Assembly (NCBI GenBank): GCA_000182565.2
Contig: KQ257456.1
Strand: one strand, 5' to 3'
Length of the DNA: 29,083 nt
Source of the DNA: Spizellomyces punctatus DAOM BR117
Taxonomy: Eukaryota
A model generated the notes under the pieces. The model was not told the origin of the DNA. It made no database searches and worked only from the letters and a program-made list of their open reading frames with translations. This document shows positions 23,668-29,083 of the stretch, one piece after another (within the stretch, counting starts at the first letter, position 1; each line of letters starts with the position of its first letter). The translations under genes and the position numbers were made by a program.

Positions 23668-26078
23668 TATGAAGCAGCAGTTACTTGAAGTGGATATGGG
23701 TCCGTGGAAAGGGGAAAAAGGCAAGTGTTGCCTGCTTTATAATGCACACACTGGAGCGTGTGACTCTGTCATGGACAGCGAGCGTTGTACGAAACGCGCA
23801 GACCCATGTTTCCATATTTAGGTTGATGATAAGTCCAGTAGCTGAGCGCAGTCACCCCACTTCTTATCATGTGACCTCCTGTGAGAAAGTGGTCCTCTAC
23901 TGGCTTTCGATTAGCAGGCAGGTTACGCTTCAGTAAGCCAGGAAAAATCCTTTTTTCTATTTCAAGGTGTAGGCAGAAATTCTATAAACGTAGCGCAAGC
24001 TGGGGACGTGCCCACTTGACTGGTGGATACAGCACGGCAAGGCAACCCTTTTCTGGAGAGAACAGCACCGTCATTTCCACATTTGTCTATGACACATTGC
24101 ATTTATGCTTTATCAGCTTTTATTTATTTTGCGTTCAGGACTCCTGAACGACATTCCAAATATTCCATTGTCCACAGCCCAGCCAATATCTCTAGGAAAG
24201 CATAATCATTGCTCCAGGAAGCATGACTGGACAAGCTATGTTGAGAACAATTTTGGTCGAGACCTCTCTATATATATATTTGCTGCTTTGGCCAGTGATT
24301 GATAGGTCTGGAGGTCGCCGTTTGTCCATCGATCTCTCATGTCCGCTGCAATCGTCCGGATGTTGCCAGTCAACAGGGAGTGCGACACGTGACAGTGTCA
24401 GCTTGTCCAGCAAATCAGACAAGGCATGTGGCTTTAGTCGTGTCATGTGATCTCATTTTAGGCATTGATTTCGACCCTATTGCACTCGCCGTCGGTGCAG
24501 CACATCACTCTGCTCGTAATCGCACTGCATCCAAATGTTGATCTCCCGTATTGATCTACGCATGCTACCTCCTTCTTGCCTAAGTCGCACCGGGGCTTAA
24601 CTTCACAAGCACTGATGAGCAATCGGCATTAACAGTTGTCACTGCAGCATCAGATGAGGATAAAGTTAGTATGAAGAGTCGCTCGGAAAGTAAACGACGG
24701 TAAAGACTTCACACTGAGTAAGAGCGAAGAAGACGAGAGCGAGGACAAGGAAGAAGAACTTCATCGTGTATATGTAACAAATTTATGCGTGGAATTTAGC
24801 ACCGTTTAGGTCGTCGTTCCGTGCGTAATGGAGTGCTGGAGAATCCTAAAAGATGTCTTCCCCTTTACACTTCTACTTCAACCTCAAGTCTTTGATGTGG
24901 GCCATGCAGTTGACTGGTAAAGGGTTTGTTCTTGATTTTGGTTCAGGGCACTGGAAATCCGCGGCAAGGATCGCGGCTCACGGTCATGTGAGTGCACTCC
25001 ACTTGGATGAGCTGTTTGAACAGTTGTTGCTGAGATATCTCAAGGGTCGACCTATTCACCAGACACTCATTGGTTTATTGCAACTATCCCTCACCCTCCA
25101 TAACTTTAATCTTAATGCCATGGATCATAGCGTCTCTACCTATCATTTCACTAACCCTCATCTTCCTATCTTACATTCCTGTTTACCTTGCCACTTTGAC
25201 AAATACGTTGCATCCTGGTTTGAGATATGAAGAAGACAAGCCAGCCCAGCCCAACAAACAATGTCAAATCATCTTTGATGGCTCGAACAGGTCGACAAAT
25301 GTGTGCAGTTGATGTGCCATCCAGATGTGTCTCGTCCTCACCCATTCCACACTCTGAACGAGACACTTGAAAGGACGCACAACCGCGTCACAAAAATACG
25401 AAAAGTGGGACATGTTGAAGCACATCAAAGTACGATTTGACACTATCAGCGGAGAACAAGGGCGTGTTCTTCTTACATAACACCCGCCTTCCCGCCTTGG
25501 GATTTCAACGCGGGGGCGGACATCTTGGCCGAAAAAAGAAACGAAGAGGGACTGCAAACGCCAGCGCGCCGTCTTATAGATTTTGGCTCCTCTTTTGATT
25601 GGAAACGCCTCTTTCCTTTTACCCAGAAAAGGAAGGAAAAAGCATTTTTTTTTTGCCAGAGGCTGTCTTTGACCTCCCAGGCCCTCTCTTGCCATGTCAC
25701 AAAAAGGGCCAACTGTCCTCATCATGTGCATTTGTCGTTGTGTTTGTTAGCAAATCACATGACATAATACATGCTGACTGTGCCACCTCCGCGTTTCGAT
25801 GTCTCCGTCCTGACAGTTTTTTGCTTTTTCTTTCCTTTTCCGTCTTTCTTTCCACACACGTCGCAGCATTTTGGGATACAAATGCATCCGAACTTTGGAC
25901 CACAACCCGCCGCCTCCCGATCCCGCCGCCTGCTCCAAGGTTTTTTCCCACGCTCGCTCAAGTAAAGGGCTTGAACGCATCTCATCACGCATCTTACCAT
26001 CTTTTGGCAAACATCGAGCGACTACAAGTAGAAAACGGTAGAAGGAACACATTCTTGATTGATAGAGAGACAGCGAGG

Positions 26079-28164
26079 ATGGGAGAATCGTCGAATGCGC
26101 CGTCAAAACGCTTGGCGGTTCTCTATGCGTACAATGGATCGCTTTTCCAAGGCCTTGAGAGGTAGGCAGTTATATCGTATGAGAAGGAGCGCATGTGAAA
26201 TTGGATCACTGATGAGTATCTGGTCCTTTTCTAGGTCAAAGGGATTGAAAACCATCGAAGGTGTTTTGTTGAGCGCCATCGCAACAATTGTGGGTGAAGC
26301 GGACCCGACAAAGAGAGTTTCGGTAGGCTTTTCAATGCCGTTCGTTCAACACTGGAAAGTAACTGACGTTTTGGGAATCATTTTAGCTCGTCAACATTAG
26401 TCGTGCGTCTACAACAGAAGCTGGCGAACATGCTGCTCGCCAAGTTCTCTCGCTTGAAGTGGCGGCAAGCGAGAATGCGCCAATGCCAACCGCTGAATCT
26501 TTGACGCCTTTATTGCCGGACGGTATCAAGGTGTTCGATATTATCCAGCTGAACACGTCCTTCTCGGCGAGGAGGACCTGTGACACAAGGACATATGAAT
26601 ATCTTATCCCGGTACGTTTTGGAATGCTACTCATGAGTCACGGTTAATGCAGGCTGCTTATCGTATTTTTGGGGGTAGACGTATGTATTTGCACCTCCCC
26701 CGCCCGAAACGCATTACTCGTATCCTCCCCTGTCGGATACAGAATTTGAAGAGCTATGGCCCGTAAATGAAAATCTAGGTCCTCCTGGCGGTCTTTTCAA
26801 GACTATCAAGCGAGGCATGTCTCTCAAACGGAACAAGAGCCAGGCACGCTCCATGAGTCGCGCAAAAAGTGTGAACCGAAAGGCGAGCCGTAGGGATGCG
26901 TCTGGCCCGCCAGAAGACACTGTGGCGCCTCCTAAGCTCGAGCGCTCCATGTCCAGTCCTTCCCTCCCCTCTCCCCCACCATCTCCGTCGTCGCACCCAG
27001 TAGAGAAGAAGAGTGGTCTTCGCAAGTTTTTCGAAACGCTTACCCGCGGCCGCTCAAAGACAAGGAACGTGGAAGAAGAAGTGCCCGTCACAATTGCGCG
27101 TAGCAAGAGCAGAAAGGGGCAGGCTGGGGGAGTTCCATTGACAGCTTCAGGGTCAGCTCAGTCGTTTTCTAACGAGGTGTCCTACTCAACGTCTTCACCG
27201 GAGAAGGAAGATGATTTTGGCTTTATTGCCACACTCCGTCGGTCGGTATCCCGTAAATCTACTCGCAGAAGAGACCCCGAAATCGCCTCTTTGCGGGGAT
27301 CTGGGGAGGATGCTCTGGAGGAGGAGAAACCAGAGACTGCCGAACCGCAATACTTTGATCCTCTCCACTTCCCTCCGCCCAGCGAGGAGGAACTTAGCCT
27401 GACTCGCCAGTACCGAATCACCGAAGACCAAGTGAAAGCCATGAATCACATTTTGGCCATGTTCAATGGAACACACAACTGGCACAACTATATTCCTGGC
27501 GCCAAGTATGAAGATTCACGGTGCTACATGCGCATCATCAACATTGAATGCAGCGCCCCAGAGGTGCACTTTGGCATGGAATGGCTTCGAATTAAGGTCC
27601 AAGCCAAGGCTTTTGCGCGGTACCAGGTCCGCAAGATGATGGCAATGGCTATCATGGTCATTAGAACCAACACGCCACGAAGCATTGTTGCCAACTCATT
27701 TGGATATGCCAAGATTGAGATACCGGAGGCTCCTGCGATGGGATTGATTTTGGATGAGCCGCACTACGACACTTTCAACTCTGATTGCGAGAGGAGATCT
27801 GATCCAAATGGCATCCACTTTGCCAAACACCTGGTAATGTCCAACTGCTCAGAATCACTATTTACTACCATCTGAAAGCTAATTTTTTTTGTTTCAACAG
27901 CCCGCGGTAACGGAGTTCCGTCATCATTCAATTCACGACCCTGTGTACCGAGCCGAACTTGAGTCCATGAAATTCAACGAATGGGCACGAAACCTCGATG
28001 CTTATTCCTTCCTGTACACGTACTACCTCAATGAACGCGGGGTGATCAAACCAAACACCAACTATGTTACCAAGGCGGCCATTGAGCAGGAACGTGCCGC
28101 TGCTGAGGCAGCGAAGCAGGGTGTTGCTGATGGATTGTTTGTCAAAGAAGAGGCGAAAGCGTGA
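26079..28164 (+). CDS. Pus1/TruA-family pseudouridine synthase-like protein, predicted catalytically inactive, with large basic low-complexity insertion (~604 aa)
   Basis: Exons 26079-26161, 26235-26322, 26387-26611, 26679-27833 and 27901-28164. TruA-like motifs YNGSLFQG, TIEG, FSARRTCDTRTYEYLIP, GTHNWHNY, YQVRKMM and APAMGLIL. Motif II reads RASTTEAGEHAARQV instead of RAARTDKGVHA. Confidence 0.88.
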
Positions 28165-28406
28165 GCTCAGCAATTCTACATGATTTATTGACAGTTGTGT
28201 TAAGTCGTAGGTAATGGGTAGTATTGGAATAGTGTCGTTATAGGAGTTGTAGTAGTAGCGTTGTAAAGACAGGATGGAAGCCAATTTGGCATATTTTTGG
28301 GGAGCAAGGGCGGTGGCATTCAAAATTACTATTTGTATGATTTGTTTCGGTTCCTATCATTTTCTGTGTCTTAATACATTTTCATGTTTCTTTTGGGAAC
28401 TGGCTC

Positions 28407-28496
28407 TACAATTGGGGTTAGTAGTGCGGAGCCGGTGGGTATTGGCACTAGCACCCGCACCAGGGATTGAACCGCGCGACAACCGGTTCGGAAACC
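28407..28496 (-). ncRNA. Fanzor omegaRNA, SpuFz1-type 75-nt scaffold (28496-28422) plus flank-derived guide (from 28421 downward, CTAACCCCAATTGTA...)
   Basis: Minus strand reads GGTTTCCGAACCGGTTGTCGCGCGGTTCAATCCCTGGTGCGGGTGCTAGTGCCAATACCCACCGGCTCCGCACTA, nearly identical to the SpuFz1 omegaRNA scaffold as I recall it. It lies ~20 nt downstream of the Fanzor stop and ends at the element boundary. Stems GAACCG/CGGTTC and GTGCGG/CCGCAC. Confidence 0.9.
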
Positions 28497-29083
28497 TTAA
28501 TCTAACTAGTCTACGCTACGCTACCACTGGAACACCCCTCCTGAACACCTCTGGTCTACCGTGTCCATCCAACATTGATTGCATGATTGCCAGCATGTTG
28601 CAGGTTGACAGTGTATCTCGATTCCAGTAGCGCATTGTCCAGGCTTGCTGCAAACAGTTAGGGTTGGTACAACCCAGCAATCCATGGACTTTTTCAACCT
28701 TGCCTTCTTGTCATCACCAAGGTCTTGAATGAGGTCATGTTTTGAAGTCCTTTTCAAGGAAGTGTAACGACGAGGACGTCTTCGAGAGATCGCGAGTAAG
28801 CCCAAATCGGACGCGGGAAGCACGAATCGCGTGACCAACTCCACCGATTGGGTTACCGCGACCGAAAAAACCGGTTCGGAGAATGGCAATTGGCGCATTA
28901 GATTTCAGCGTGCCTCGTACAACCTGTGGAGGCCCGAGCCAGTGCGGAAAAGGAAGAGATCGGTACCGCCACCAATAAATCAGTTGCGGTGCAGCGACAC
29001 CCATTAGTTTAGTTTAGTTTAACAGTTTATCCAAGAATCTTGTATAAAAAGGATGTATTCAATAAAATAAGTCGGGGCAGAAG
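28424..29083 (-). mobile_element. Spu-1-type Fanzor element: omegaRNA end with TIR and TA; internally deleted/decayed; the other end is not visible in the window
   Basis: TA at 28422-28423, then terminal sequence GTGCGGAGCCGGTGGGTATTGGCACTAG (28424-28451), the omegaRNA scaffold and a Fanzor C-terminal relic. No matching TIR is seen before 29083, so the extent beyond ~28880 is uncertain. Confidence 0.82.
28516..28782 (-). pseudogene. Fanzor1 (TnpB-like RuvC nuclease) C-terminal pseudogene fragment
   Basis: A single frame reads KTSSSLHFLEKDFKT*PHSRPW**QEGKVEKVHGLLGCTNPNCLQQAWTMRYWNRDTLSTCNMLAIMQSMLDGHGRPEVFRRGVPVVA*. It includes the second Zn-binding pair CxxxxC and the RuvC-III WNRD motif of TnpB/Fanzor, and closely matches the SpuFz1 C-terminus as recalled. 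Internal stops at 28735-37, 28714-16 and 28711-13. Confidence 0.92.

Noticed and set aside
28440-28530. tRNA gene or tRNA-derived SINE (GGTTCAATCCC T-loop-like motif)
   Set aside because: The T-stem and acceptor stem do not pair. The sequence is better explained as the Fanzor omegaRNA between the Fanzor stop and the TIR.
28735-29004. 89-aa minus-strand ORF as a real gene
   Set aside because: Only its last ~15 codons belong to the Fanzor frame; the rest resembles no protein I recognise and looks like non-coding element sequence.
29004-29022. (TTTAG)n-like run as a telomere or retroelement tail
   Set aside because: Only about three units, with no RT sequence or terminal context visible.

Overview
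Intron-rich eukaryotic (fungal, chytrid-type) DNA, very likely Spizellomyces punctatus or a close relative. Nine spliced protein-coding genes fill the middle of the window: a ~1,300-aa polyproline/WH2 protein, a 7TM receptor-like protein, an F-BAR-HR1-SH3 (CIP4/Toca-type) protein, VPS45, a Crz1-like C2H2 factor, a SUT/SLC45-type sugar transporter, a Tgl2-like lipase, HPPD, and a Pus1/TruA paralogue whose catalytic Asp is replaced. Both ends of the window carry Fanzor (eukaryotic OMEGA, TnpB-related) elements on the minus strand, which the ORF track does not reveal. At 459-1208 is a complete 750-bp non-autonomous element. It has 28-bp TIRs, a TA duplication, a CATA TAM, a divergent omegaRNA scaffold and intron-like cargo, but no recognisable Fanzor ORF. 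From 28424 onward is a second element with a near-canonical SpuFz1-type omegaRNA and a decayed Fanzor C-terminus (CxxxxC...WNRD) broken by three TGA stops at inferred former CGA codons. The two scaffolds show compensatory stem changes. The Fanzor system itself is published. The divergent ghost subfamily, its cargo, the pseudo-PUS and the WH2 protein are the features I cannot place. Identifications rest on recalled family motifs, not database searches.
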